From Candidatus Babeliales bacterium (lineage in GTDB: Bacteria > Babelota > Babeliae > Babelales > JANWKD01), in the NCBI GenBank assembly GCA_963701665.1, contig OY969622.1, forward strand, positions 576,001-640,000: DNA of 64,000 nt, read 5' to 3'. The number at the start of each line of letters is the position of its first letter. Position 1 is the first letter of the stretch. A program made the translations under genes and the position numbers. Positions 19,714 to 29,994 of this stretch are shown piece after piece. The notes under the pieces were generated by a model, which saw only the letters and a list, made by a program, of their open reading frames with translations, did no database searches and had not been told where the DNA came from.

Positions 19714-20682
19714 TTGAAGATAAACAAGACAACGCTATCATTATTGCTAGTAAGTACAGCGCTTTACGGAACCGAGCAGGCTATTACGTTTGCATCAATT
19801 GATGAATCGGTCATCCACAACTATGTACAAAAAATCACCTCAGAATTTAAAACCAATAATGTACAAAAAAAAGTTATTTACGGGGCAGCGTTATTAGGAC
19901 TTGGCTATGTTACCTATCAATGTTTCTATGGCGGCCAAACGCCAACACCAATTCCTGTTAAAACTGATGTCCCCGTGCCATTGATTGCTTCCGAAGAAAT
20001 TGCTCAACCAAGGAAGCTTGAACTTTCTCCTGCTGCTATTGCTCAGTTAAATAAGGAGGCGTTAGACAGAGCAGTAAAAGATAACCTTTCATTTATACCG
20101 GCAATGTACCATTGGACAAAAGAAAATTTTTCCATACTTGCACAACAAACACTCGTTCTTGCAATATTCACTGGCCTTAATAATTCACTCGGGCCAATTG
20201 CAAAATACATTTCCGTTCTTGATGGTGCACTCGACAAAGTATTAACGCGTGTTTTCCATGAATGGGATATTTCATGGTTTCTGAAACAGCACACGCAATT
20301 GCCTATTTTGTTCTCGACACTCGAATATCATGCTAAGGAACTTGCTCAAGATGCGACGCAAGAATTTCACCTGCTGCAGTTGCAACGCACATGGAATATC
20401 ATGATACATCAATTTGAATATGCTTTTGCATTTATGCACTATTCAACGATAAGCAAACCATGGTATTCGCTCGCAATATTACAAGTACAAGCATTGCAAG
20501 ATACAATGAAAACTGAGTTGCATAAGGTTGCTCACAACCTTGAAGTTCAACTTGACGAGCTTGTTAATCAAAAAAATAACACCAATGCTGAATCAATAGT
20601 GAATACGATACAAGAGCTGCGCAAAATCCTCTTTCAAGATTTTGATGCATTTAAAGATCTTGAAAAATTGAAACCGTATTAA
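19714..20682 (+). CDS. Hypothetical exported protein
   Basis: 322-aa ORF (TTG start) with signal peptide and TM segment, helical; followed by terminator. Confidence 0.7.
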   Translation: MKINKTTLSLLLVSTALYGTEQAITFASIDESVIHNYVQKITSEFKTNNVQKKVIYGAALLGLGYVTYQCFYGGQTPTPIPVKTDVPVPLIASEEIAQPRKLELSPAAIAQLNKEALDRAVKDNLSFIPAMYHWTKENFSILAQQTLVLAIFTGLNNSLGPIAKYISVLDGALDKVLTRVFHEWDISWFLKQHTQLPILFSTLEYHAKELAQDATQEFHLLQLQRTWNIMIHQFEYAFAFMHYSTISKPWYSLAILQVQALQDTMKTELHKVAHNLEVQLDELVNQKNNTNAESIVNTIQELRKILFQDFDAFKDLEKLKPY

Positions 20683-20689
20683 AAAGATT

Positions 20690-20727
20690 AAAAAAAAGGA
20701 GTACCAAATTTGGTACTCCTTTTTTTT
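20690..20727. terminator. Bidirectional intrinsic terminator
   Basis: A-tract, GGAGTACCAA-at-TTGGTACTCC stem, T-tract, between convergent genes. Confidence 0.85.
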
Positions 20728-20736
20728 ATTAATTCA

Positions 20737-22290
20737 TTATGAGAAGGCAAATCCACCTTTGATCCACACAGCCCATTGACTGAGTGCGAAGTTCTTACGC
20801 CCACAAAATTCTACTTCGCCGCCAATACCGAGGAATGGACTATAATCACAATCATCCCACGTATAGCTGATGTTAGCAAAAACTTTATGCGACATTGCTG
20901 TTGGGTTGACAGCCGAATCGATAGAAAGACTGTTATTACTGATGTATACATTATCCGCATTTGAAGTTCCATCAAAAGCACCTGCATTTGCACCACTGAT
21001 GGTTGTCATGCTTGCGGTTCTATTAACATCAGCACTTCCAGCCGTTCCAGAGTCACCAGCTACGCCGTATGTATTAGCAGGAATTTGTTGAGTGACGACA
21101 ATTTTATCTTTCGTTCTCGCCCAAAATTCATAACCAATATCAATATAAAATCCACAGCGTGAGTAATCAAAGAGTGCAATGACGTTTGCTTGTACAGTAT
21201 TGCTCACTTTGCATTGAAGCGCTAGGACGTTCGGGCCAAATAAAACTTCACCGGCGTATACGTTATTTGCGTATTTTTTTATAAGCAAGCGGCTGCTACC
21301 AACATTTTGTGTGCCATCTGCATTGAGTAAATCAAAAATTCTGCGTTGTTTTGCTTTAAAAAAGTGATACACAGCACCTTGGAGCCATCCACTAAATGAA
21401 GAATCACAGCAATTGTTCCAGAATTCATAGTGTGCATTTACGCTACCGCCAATTGCCCAATGCCTACCATTACCAGCAATTGGTTCAAAAAGAAATTTTG
21501 ATTCAGGTCTGTTGCCGGTCGGAAATACACCGCGGACATCAACACCGAGATGATACATTTCACAACACAAGAAATTATAACCGGCGACTAGCTCAACATC
21601 TGCTACACTGACTTTCGATTTTCTGCCGCTGGCTGTATCATCGTCAACACGACCGAACTGCAATGTCTCCGATAAATCAGGAAAATCAGCACTTAAAGTT
21701 TGACCGTTATAAGCGGTTATAATATCACCGATTGGGGAACTGAGAGCGGCTGTATTACCAAGTTGGTCTGCAGCAATACTTTGCCCTGTTGAATTTACCG
21801 TTTGATCAAATGACATAGCCCAACGTGTCCAATTTATTGGCACATAGAGTTCTGCATAAATTCCTGTTACCCATTCATCAAAATTGACGCGCACTTGAAA
21901 ATCTAAAACAAAATTTTCAACTTTTGGAAGCGCGGTTATCACGCCGTTGAACTGATCATTGAGGAAGAAGTTACGTGCGAATACATCGATGCCCGGCGTA
22001 TCTTCGGTACCAAAGGTCATAGTATTGGTGCCATTATAGAAGAAATAGGTGCCAATACGATCACGATCAAATGAACGCATATAGGATGGTACGACACCAA
22101 AATAACCATTTAAACAATCGGTATCGCAGGGAACAAGAAATTGTGGCGTTACACCAACTAATCTTTTAGCAAAATCGTTCCCTTGAGAATGTTGTGAAAG
22201 AAATGTGTGTCCGAAATCAAGAGCATCACCGTACGCAGACGTGCATACTAATAATGATAGAATCGATATATTGAATATTTTTTTTCTCAT
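20737..22290 (-). CDS. Putative outer-membrane beta-barrel protein, Cys-rich
   Basis: AAGGAG RBS, signal peptide, alternating amphipathic strands, C-terminus SQWAVWIKGGFAFS resembling a beta-signal. Confidence 0.6.
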   Translation of the reverse strand: MRKKIFNISILSLLVCTSAYGDALDFGHTFLSQHSQGNDFAKRLVGVTPQFLVPCDTDCLNGYFGVVPSYMRSFDRDRIGTYFFYNGTNTMTFGTEDTPGIDVFARNFFLNDQFNGVITALPKVENFVLDFQVRVNFDEWVTGIYAELYVPINWTRWAMSFDQTVNSTGQSIAADQLGNTAALSSPIGDIITAYNGQTLSADFPDLSETLQFGRVDDDTASGRKSKVSVADVELVAGYNFLCCEMYHLGVDVRGVFPTGNRPESKFLFEPIAGNGRHWAIGGSVNAHYEFWNNCCDSSFSGWLQGAVYHFFKAKQRRIFDLLNADGTQNVGSSRLLIKKYANNVYAGEVLFGPNVLALQCKVSNTVQANVIALFDYSRCGFYIDIGYEFWARTKDKIVVTQQIPANTYGVAGDSGTAGSADVNRTASMTTISGANAGAFDGTSNADNVYISNNSLSIDSAVNPTAMSHKVFANISYTWDDCDYSPFLGIGGEVEFCGRKNFALSQWAVWIKGGFAFS

Positions 22291-22453
22291 AAATGGCTCC
22301 TTTTTGCTGGATAATTTTTTGTTCTCTAGATCAAAAAACGCTAGTATATTTCGCATTATTCGTCAACTAGTTTTTGCCGACAGATCGACGCGTAAGATAA
22401 AATCATCTATACTTCGTGCATAGCTGATCGATCTTTTGTGCATAAGGATATTC

Positions 22454-23245
22454 ATGCTTGATGTAGCTCTTTTTATCGAAACATTATCTTTATTATTAGA
22501 ACCTTTTCCTATCAGCAGTTCAGGTCACGCACACTTGGTACGTACGCTGGTTGTTTGTTTTACCAATCTTGATGTGCAAACGTCGCCTTCTTACTACGCA
22601 TATCTTATGCATGGACCCACAGCACTTGTGCTGTTGCTCTTTTTTTGGTCTCCATGGCTTAATGTAATCAAAAATAAAAACGTGCATTTCATTATGCATC
22701 TTATGGAAGCAGGAATTGTTGCTGAAAGTATGACGGCACTGCTGTATGGTATTTTTTCCTATACATCAACATCGTTTTTTCCCCTATGGTTAGGATTTTT
22801 CATATCAGCATGTGCATTGTGGTCATTGAAAAAATGTCCAACGCGTGCGATTAATAATCCTTTTTCATATTCTACTGCGGCAGTATTGGGATTAGTGCAA
22901 GGCATTGCATTATTGCCTGGCATATCACGTTTTGGCGCAACATTTGTAGCTGCACGATGGTTGAAATTTTCTTCGCGTGATGCCTTTATATATTCCTTTT
23001 TGATCGAATTCCCGATTAGTGTTGCCGGTTTTTTAAAAGGTGTTTACAAAATGCAGGGAGCGCACGTGAATATGATGGAAATATTGAATCCACCTCTATG
23101 CTTCAGTATTCTTATAGCAATGGGGGGCGCATATGCAGGATTTTATGCGGTGCAAAAAATAGTCAATCAACAATCTTTGTGGGTTTTTAGCATCTATTTG
23201 TGCGTGCTTTCATGGTTGAGCATAGTGATAACTGCAGTTTGTTAA
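22454..23245 (+). CDS. uppP: Undecaprenyl-diphosphate phosphatase (BacA family)
   Basis: EPFPISSSGH and GLVQGIALLPGISRFGAT motifs. Confidence 0.9.
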   Translation: MLDVALFIETLSLLLEPFPISSSGHAHLVRTLVVCFTNLDVQTSPSYYAYLMHGPTALVLLLFFWSPWLNVIKNKNVHFIMHLMEAGIVAESMTALLYGIFSYTSTSFFPLWLGFFISACALWSLKKCPTRAINNPFSYSTAAVLGLVQGIALLPGISRFGATFVAARWLKFSSRDAFIYSFLIEFPISVAGFLKGVYKMQGAHVNMMEILNPPLCFSILIAMGGAYAGFYAVQKIVNQQSLWVFSIYLCVLSWLSIVITAVC

Positions 23246-23256
23246 AGGAGTGGTAT

Positions 23257-25509
23257 ATGTTTAAAATTCTGAAATTGAGCGTTTTTGCACAAGCATTGCC
23301 GCCACTTACCATGCGTTTGTTATATGCTGGTTTTATAGCATTTTTTTCTTGCTGGTTAGCAGGGGCATTATGGTCTTTTGATAAAAATGATGCATCATTT
23401 CTTTTTTTAACATCACATGCAGTAAGCTGTACAAACTACTGCGGCATATGGGGAGCTCATGTTGCGGCATTGCTCTTTTTTTTATGCGGAACTGCTGCGT
23501 TTATTATCGTTCCATTTCTTTTTTTTACGGCTCATTCGATTTTTAAAAAACGAAGTTTACGCTATACCTGGGATGCTTGGTTAGCTTATAACACTGCATT
23601 TCTTGCAATGGCCGGATTATGTAACGGATGTTTAGGCGATCTCTACAATGCTGCAGTGCCTGGCGGTGTTATGGGATACATTATTTTTACAACGTTAACC
23701 TTATGTGCTGATACTTTTTTAATCACCTTGTTTCTGTCACTCGTTTTGTGCGCAAGCATAGTGCTTGTGACGAGGATCTCTTTTGTTGTTGTTGGTATGT
23801 ATGCAGTGTCGTGCATGCGCATGCTGTATCAAACTTTTGCTTGGATACATCCATGGCTATGGTATGGAGCCGCGTGTGTTAAGAAATTGATAAAGGCGAT
23901 ATATAAACTGTTGAATGGTACAGAAGTGCAAGAGAGTTCGTCATCTATCGTTGATTTTGAATTGGGCAATGATGGCGACGATGATGCGGCAAAAGCACTT
24001 GAAGAATTTTGGGCACAACGATTTGCACGTACCATTGAACAACCAAAACCTTCATGGGTGATGCATGATGAACAGGAGCCATATGTTTCCTTTGAAAATA
24101 CCGTGATCCCAAAAAAAGAAATTATATATACCGTGCCATCGGTAGGATTATTTTCAGCAACTGATACGCAGAACCATCTTCAAGATAACCTGAAAAATAA
24201 TCAATTACTTGCAAGGGTGCTCGAAGAAAAATTAGCGCGCTTTGGTATTCAAGGTACGGTGGTTTCTATCAAAGTTGGTCCGGTTATTACCCTTTTTGAA
24301 TACCAACCACATATCGATACAAAAATTAGTAAGATTATTGCACTCGAAGATGATTTAGCGCTCGCTTTGCAAGCAGTAAGCATACGCATTATTGCACCAA
24401 TCCCCGGTAAATCCGTCGTTGGTTTTGAAGTTGCAAATAAATATCGGCGCAATGTGTTGCTTGGCAAAGTGCTGCAGTCAGATGAATTTAAAAATTCTTC
24501 GCATTACATACCGCTGGTGCTTGGTGAAGATAGTATTGGCTCAACGGTGATCGTTGATTTAGCAACAATGCCACATTTATTAGTTGCCGGTTCAACCGGT
24601 TCGGGTAAATCAGTTGCGCTTAATGCAATGTTAATCAGTTTGTTGTGCAAATTTTCTCCGGAAAAATTAAAATTAATTCTCGTCGATCCAAAAAGACTTG
24701 AATTTGCGGCGTATGCTGATATTCCTCATTTATTGGTGCCTATCGTGACCGATCCGCGCAAAGCGTCGCCAGTATTGCGATGGGTTGTAACGCTGATGGA
24801 AGAGCGATATGCACACATGGAGCAATGGAAAGTGCGTAACATTTTTGATTATCATCTATTGAGTCAGCACAATCCTGAATTAGAACCAATGCCATTTTTA
24901 GTTATTGTTATTGATGAATTATCTGATTTAATGATGACTGCTGCAAAAGATACAGAAGATTTAATCGCGCGCATAACACAGATGGCGCGTGCAGCAGGTA
25001 TTCATATGATTGTGGCGACGCAACGACCTTCAGTGGATGTCATAACAGGGCTTATAAAAGTTAATTTCCCAAGCAGAATTTCTTTTAGAGTGACGTCTAA
25101 AATTGATTCACGCACTATTTTAGATTGTGGCGGCGCAGATAAGTTGCTCGGTAAGGGCGATATGTTATTCCTTGATTCAGCATCACGCATTTCGCGCGCG
25201 CATGGCGCTTTTGTTTCGGACATTGAACGCGCGCATTGCATCGATTTTATTAAATCACAAGGCACACCAGACTACGTTGATATTGCCGATAAAATTTCAT
25301 CAGGCACCACTGATATTTTTCAAGAAGACGAGCAATTGTATAAAGACATTATAGAATTCATCGGATCTGTTGATGAGATATCAATTTCGTTGCTACAACG
25401 CAAATTTAGAATTGGATATAACCGTTCTGCACGCCTTATTGAGCGTCTACAAGCAGAAGGAATTATATTACAAGAACCAGGCGGCAAAACGCGCAAAGTT
25501 TTGAAGTAA
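23257..25509 (+). CDS. ftsK: DNA translocase FtsK
   Basis: N-terminal TM domain, PHLLVAGSTGSGKS, ARAAGIH..VATQRPSVDV, gamma domain LQRKFRIGYNRSARL; AAGGAG RBS. Confidence 0.96.
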   Translation: MFKILKLSVFAQALPPLTMRLLYAGFIAFFSCWLAGALWSFDKNDASFLFLTSHAVSCTNYCGIWGAHVAALLFFLCGTAAFIIVPFLFFTAHSIFKKRSLRYTWDAWLAYNTAFLAMAGLCNGCLGDLYNAAVPGGVMGYIIFTTLTLCADTFLITLFLSLVLCASIVLVTRISFVVVGMYAVSCMRMLYQTFAWIHPWLWYGAACVKKLIKAIYKLLNGTEVQESSSSIVDFELGNDGDDDAAKALEEFWAQRFARTIEQPKPSWVMHDEQEPYVSFENTVIPKKEIIYTVPSVGLFSATDTQNHLQDNLKNNQLLARVLEEKLARFGIQGTVVSIKVGPVITLFEYQPHIDTKISKIIALEDDLALALQAVSIRIIAPIPGKSVVGFEVANKYRRNVLLGKVLQSDEFKNSSHYIPLVLGEDSIGSTVIVDLATMPHLLVAGSTGSGKSVALNAMLISLLCKFSPEKLKLILVDPKRLEFAAYADIPHLLVPIVTDPRKASPVLRWVVTLMEERYAHMEQWKVRNIFDYHLLSQHNPELEPMPFLVIVIDELSDLMMTAAKDTEDLIARITQMARAAGIHMIVATQRPSVDVITGLIKVNFPSRISFRVTSKIDSRTILDCGGADKLLGKGDMLFLDSASRISRAHGAFVSDIERAHCIDFIKSQGTPDYVDIADKISSGTTDIFQEDEQLYKDIIEFIGSVDEISISLLQRKFRIGYNRSARLIERLQAEGIILQEPGGKTRKVLK

Positions 25510-25566
25510 CATGAATTCAATAAATAACATATTTTTGTCTAGGAAATTGAACACTGAAAACAAATC

Positions 25567-25666
25567 GTCATTGCGAGCGAAGCGTGGCAATCCAATTATA
25601 AAATTATTTCATTAAAGGAATTAATTAAAGTTTGGATTCCCACGGCACAAGGTGCCTCGGAATGAC
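25567..25666. repeat. REP/REPIN-like inverted hairpin doublet, copy 2
   Basis: Same left arm and spacer as 18895-18992; right arm TGGATTCCCACGGCACAAGGTGCCTCGGAATGAC. Confidence 0.85.
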
Positions 25667-25828
25667 AATTTTGTGTTTATTAAATAACGTTCATGCGACA
25701 TATAATTCTATTCTTTTATAATTATTTTTTTATATTACTTGACAACTGATCAAAAAATAGCCATTTTGTCCTCAAGTAAAAGTTCTTTGCACACATGTTT
25801 AAAAAAATAAAAAAGCGGAGATTTATCG

Positions 25829-27301
25829 ATGCGTTTGAGCGAGCATTTTCTAAAAAATGCATTACCGGAAATTTCATTTGTATCTGAAATTTTTCCAGAT
25901 TTTGCAAATTTTTCAACAGATACACGAACATTGCAGCAGGGTGATGTTTTCATAGCGCTAGAAGGTCCTCATTTTGACGGACACACTTTTCTTGAGGAAG
26001 CACTAGCAAAGGGTGCCATTGGTTTTTTCATTGCAGAAGCAAAAAAAGATTATTTAAAGAAACTTAATCAAACTATTCTTAAAAAATTATGCATTGCGCT
26101 CGTTCCAAATACAAGAACCGCGCTTATCAAATTAGCCACCGCATGGCGCGCGCAATTTACGTATCCCGTTGTTGGTATAACTGGTTCAGTGGGAAAAACA
26201 TCAACACGCGAGCGTCTAACAACAATCTTAGATCATAATAAAACAAACTATGTTGCAACGGTCGGCAATCAAAATAATATTATCGGCGTTGCACTCAGCG
26301 TCCTCAGGATGCGTCCTGAACATGAGCTTGCAGTGTTTGAGCTCGGTATTAATAAACGTGGGGAAATGGCGCAACTCGTGTCGATTGTAAAACCGACAAC
26401 AGCGCTCATTACCTGCATCGGCCATGCTCATATGGAAGGGCTTGGTTCTATCGTTGATATTGCGGCAGAAAAAAGAGACATTTTCTCGCTATTCAAAGAA
26501 GATAATATTGGCATTATTAATGGTGATCAATTATTACTTTCCACCATTGCTTATCGGCATCCTGTCATAAAATTTGGTTCAAAAACAACGAACCAGGTGC
26601 AAGCACGCAAGATACGTATTACAAGTGATCATACATCATTCATTTTAAAATTGTATCATGAAAAATATAAGGTTGATTTACAATCAAGTCATTCAGGTGC
26701 TGTTTTCAATGCGCTCGCTGCTATAACTATTGCACACCATTTAAGAATACCAACGCCAATTATTTTGGAAGCAATACAAAAGAAATTCGTTGTTGAGCGT
26801 CGTTTTGAACAATTGCCATTGAAAGCTGGCAGAGGTGTTGTGATCGACGATTGTTATAATGCAAGTCCAGAAAGTATGAAGGCAGCATTATTAGCATTAC
26901 AAAAATTAGAAACAAAAGCGCAAAAAGTTGCCGTTCTAGGTGATATGCTTGAGCTTGGTGTTAACAGTCCATTTTGGCATCGTCAACTTGGAAGATTTTT
27001 GCGTAAAGTTCCTACACTTAAAAAAGTATATTTAGTTGGCAATTTAGTTGAGTGGACAAAAAAGACGGTGCCCGTTGGCCTCGCTGTTGAACATGCTGCA
27101 ACGTGGCAAGATGCGCTGAATATGGTAAAATCTGATTTGAAGGATGAGTCAGTTGTGTTAGTAAAAGGATCAAATGGTGTTGGCCTAGGTAATTTAGTGC
27201 AAGCAATGACACAGGAAAAAGTAAACTTGAAAGATGATACTGCGTTAGTAAATGGTTTTGGTCTTGGCAATGTAATGCACGCAACACAGGAATCCGCATA
27301 A
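25829..27301 (+). CDS. murF: UDP-N-acetylmuramoyl-tripeptide--D-alanyl-D-alanine ligase
   Basis: FDGH, GITGSVGKT, NQNN.IG, DDCYNASPES, VLGDMLELG, VLVKGS. Confidence 0.95.
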   Translation: MRLSEHFLKNALPEISFVSEIFPDFANFSTDTRTLQQGDVFIALEGPHFDGHTFLEEALAKGAIGFFIAEAKKDYLKKLNQTILKKLCIALVPNTRTALIKLATAWRAQFTYPVVGITGSVGKTSTRERLTTILDHNKTNYVATVGNQNNIIGVALSVLRMRPEHELAVFELGINKRGEMAQLVSIVKPTTALITCIGHAHMEGLGSIVDIAAEKRDIFSLFKEDNIGIINGDQLLLSTIAYRHPVIKFGSKTTNQVQARKIRITSDHTSFILKLYHEKYKVDLQSSHSGAVFNALAAITIAHHLRIPTPIILEAIQKKFVVERRFEQLPLKAGRGVVIDDCYNASPESMKAALLALQKLETKAQKVAVLGDMLELGVNSPFWHRQLGRFLRKVPTLKKVYLVGNLVEWTKKTVPVGLAVEHAATWQDALNMVKSDLKDESVVLVKGSNGVGLGNLVQAMTQEKVNLKDDTALVNGFGLGNVMHATQESA

Positions 27302-27304
27302 TTC

Positions 27305-28198
27305 ATGATCTATCATAAATCAGTTTTAGTGCATGAAGTCCTTGAATATTTAGGGCCTAAACCTCAAGGGGTTTATGTTGATGCTACTTTTGGAGGTGGC
27401 GGCCATACGCGCGCTATTTTAAAAGCAGAGCCAACGTGTAGTGTGATTGCATTTGATTGGGATGCCGTTGCACTTGAAAAGAATGGCTATCCATTACAAG
27501 AAGAATTTCCAGGGCGGTTAACGCTGCTCTGGTCAAATTTTGCTCAGATTGACAAAAAGTTAAAGAAAGAAGGTATTGAACATGTTGATGGGATACTTGC
27601 TGACTTTGGAACATCCCAATACCAATTAACGGAACGAGCAGGATTTTCTTTTTATCAAGATTCGCCGCTCGATATGCGCATGTCGCCATCGCATCAAAAG
27701 GTAACGGCGCAAGAGTTAATAAACAAAGGTTCAGAAGAAAAGCTGTATGAGATTTTTGCTTATTTAGGTGAAGAACGCCGTGCACGTTTTTTTGCACGAT
27801 TGATTATAGAAGAGCGTACCAAGAAACCAATTCAAACTACACGTCAATTAGCAGTGCTTATTGAACGCGCGGCAGGCTCTTCCGCTCGCCAAAAAAAGAT
27901 TCATCCTGCTACTAAAATTTTTCAAGGTCTGCGCATTTATGTTAATAAAGAACTTGAAAATATTCGCTCATTTTTAGTGGCAAGCGCTCGGCTTTTAAAT
28001 CCTGAGGGTCGCTTGGTTTGTATTAGTTTTCATTCGTTAGAAGATCGTCTTGTAAAAGAGTTTTTTAAGAATGAATCGAGTCTGACGATACTTACCCCAA
28101 AAGTGGTCATTGCAAGCCCACAAGAACTTCAGCTGAATCCCTCGGCCCGATCGGCAAAATTGCGCGCAGCGCAAATGAAAAACGACGGTACTAAATAA
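27305..28198 (+). CDS. rsmH: 16S rRNA (cytosine1402-N4)-methyltransferase
   Basis: HKSVL..EV, DATFGGGGH, PLDMRM, HPATKIFQ, ISFHSLEDR, NPSARSAKLR. Confidence 0.97.
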   Translation: MIYHKSVLVHEVLEYLGPKPQGVYVDATFGGGGHTRAILKAEPTCSVIAFDWDAVALEKNGYPLQEEFPGRLTLLWSNFAQIDKKLKKEGIEHVDGILADFGTSQYQLTERAGFSFYQDSPLDMRMSPSHQKVTAQELINKGSEEKLYEIFAYLGEERRARFFARLIIEERTKKPIQTTRQLAVLIERAAGSSARQKKIHPATKIFQGLRIYVNKELENIRSFLVASARLLNPEGRLVCISFHSLEDRLVKEFFKNESSLTILTPKVVIASPQELQLNPSARSAKLRAAQMKNDGTK

Positions 28199-28199
28199 G

Positions 28200-28227
28200 T
28201 TGACAAAAGCCAATGGGATGATACATT
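28200..28227 (+). promoter_or_regulatory. Sigma70-type promoter for spoVG-tRNA-Gln
   Basis: TTGACA-N16-TACATT with an extended -10 TG. Confidence 0.5.
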
Positions 28228-28292
28228 AGCTTTAGTTGCCATTGCAAGCAACAAAAAGTGAGATAGTAACGAACCTTTGTAAGGGCATGCAG

Positions 28293-28577
28293 ATGAAAAT
28301 AACCGAGGTAAAAGTTTATCCAGCTAAAGAGAATGGGAGACTTAAGGCATATGCAACAGTGGTCTTTGATGACTGTTTTATCGTAAGAGATTTGAAAGTT
28401 ATCGAAGGAGAAAAAGGATTGTTCATTTCAATGCCTTCGCGTCGAAGAAAAGATGGCTCATTTCGGGATATAGTTCATCCTCTCAATGCCGACACTCGCA
28501 AGATGATTGAAGATGCAATTATCAAAGAGTTTAACAAAGCGGTCGAGTCTGGTTTCAGTACTGAAGCTGAAGAGTAA
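28293..28577 (+). CDS. spoVG: SpoVG family nucleic-acid-binding protein
   Basis: MKITEVKV...LKAYATVVFDDCF.VRDLKVIEG..GLFISMPSRR..DG.FRDIVHP. Confidence 0.93.
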   Translation: MKITEVKVYPAKENGRLKAYATVVFDDCFIVRDLKVIEGEKGLFISMPSRRRKDGSFRDIVHPLNADTRKMIEDAIIKEFNKAVESGFSTEAEE

Positions 28578-28619
28578 AAAACAATACTCATCATTTCTTA
28601 TAGTTGTGATTTTCTTACT

Positions 28620-28694
28620 TGGGGCGTCGCCAAGTGGTAAGGCACCGGGTTTTGGTCCCGGCATTCGGAGGTTCGAATCCTTCCGCCCCAGCCA
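28620..28694 (+). tRNA. tRNA-Gln (anticodon UUG), CCA encoded
   Basis: Acceptor stem TGGGGCG/CGCCCCA, anticodon arm CCGGG-TTTTGGT-CCCGG, T-loop GTTCGAATC. U1-A72 pair fits the GatCAB pathway. Confidence 0.97.
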
Positions 28695-28831
28695 TATTAT
28701 TAACATGCTTTTGCATGTATCTTTTTTTTAAATATTTTTTAGTAAGGGGGATTTGAAAAAAAGCTATTCTATACTTTTTATATATATCGCAATCTTTGAT
28801 TTTTAGCTCAAAATTAAACTGGGACAACTAT

Positions 28832-29764
28832 ATGAAAATATTAAAAAATCTACAAAAAAATTACCCATTTTTGTGCTTGATATTTTATTCATTTTTTACA
28901 AACGCGATGAAAGATAATTCATTAATCAATAACTCTTTGCAGACAAAAGGTTATTGTGAACTAGAGAATAGAACTTTTTTGAAAGCTAATTATTATGGTT
29001 TATATAATAAATACGATGCTTTTATTGATCTAATGACAAATGATAACGATTTTTTCAACGCTATGGCAGATTCAGAGAAAACATTTAACTTAGTTGAAGA
29101 GCAAAGCGATCGTTATTGTTCTGTGCCCCCAAGTTTCAGAGATCCAAGAATACATACAAAAAACATACATAACAGAATTTATTTTCAATTTATCGAAGAT
29201 CACTATACTCTATTAAAAGAAAAATACGCTGAACTTCTATGTAGTTATCCAAAAGTAAAAGATTTTTTTGATGATCTACTTAAAATTGATCAAATGGCAA
29301 AAGAGTACTTTACCTCAATCCTTGAAGTATTGGAAAAAGATCATCCAGGTATTACAAAAATTTTTTACGGAAAACATAATCAATTAACGGTTGCAACGAG
29401 AATTGTACGTTATAAAAAAGAAGATACTTGGGATGAAGAAAAACCGCATTTCGATAAATGTGGCTTGACTTTGATTTGGGATAATGATGACGACTATGAT
29501 AGTTTAACATTTTGTGAAGATATCATTAATCCAACTCGGGAAGGTTTAAAATTGCCGCAATTACTATACGCACACCAGCCTGAAGTAACTTCTACCATAC
29601 TTATTGGTGGTTTATGTTTAAGTGCAGCCGGTATTGATATTAAACCAACGCTACACTACGTTGGGCCTATAAAAAATCAATATAGACATTCCATAATTTC
29701 ATTTTTGTTAGTTCCGAATACAGATACAACAAAAATGCAAAATCATCTCAAGGAAGATAGTTAG
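28832..29764 (+). CDS. 2-oxoglutarate/Fe(II)-dependent dioxygenase (IPNS-like) with signal peptide
   Basis: HxD (PHFDKCGLTLI), distal His (PTLHYV), RxS (YRHSIISF). Confidence 0.8.
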   Translation: MKILKNLQKNYPFLCLIFYSFFTNAMKDNSLINNSLQTKGYCELENRTFLKANYYGLYNKYDAFIDLMTNDNDFFNAMADSEKTFNLVEEQSDRYCSVPPSFRDPRIHTKNIHNRIYFQFIEDHYTLLKEKYAELLCSYPKVKDFFDDLLKIDQMAKEYFTSILEVLEKDHPGITKIFYGKHNQLTVATRIVRYKKEDTWDEEKPHFDKCGLTLIWDNDDDYDSLTFCEDIINPTREGLKLPQLLYAHQPEVTSTILIGGLCLSAAGIDIKPTLHYVGPIKNQYRHSIISFLLVPNTDTTKMQNHLKEDS

Positions 29765-29994
29765 AATTGCTCGATTAGGCGTCAGAAAGTATAGAACTGA
29801 TAAAAAATGAAGGCTTTTAATATGCTTTACTGACTTTACTGACATTAGAAAAAATACAAACCCTTATTGATACTTATCAACCAAAATAAAACATCAAAAG
29901 ATTTTATCCAGTCTTTTCTAGCAATTTTAAAACTGAGTACTATAATAAGCTCAATCTATGATTTAGCTTTTTTTACCTGCTTAAAGGAGCATGT

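Noticed and set aside
28458..28827. ORFs 28458..28706, 28507..28731 and 28615..28827
   Set aside because: Shadow translations of the tRNA-Gln gene.
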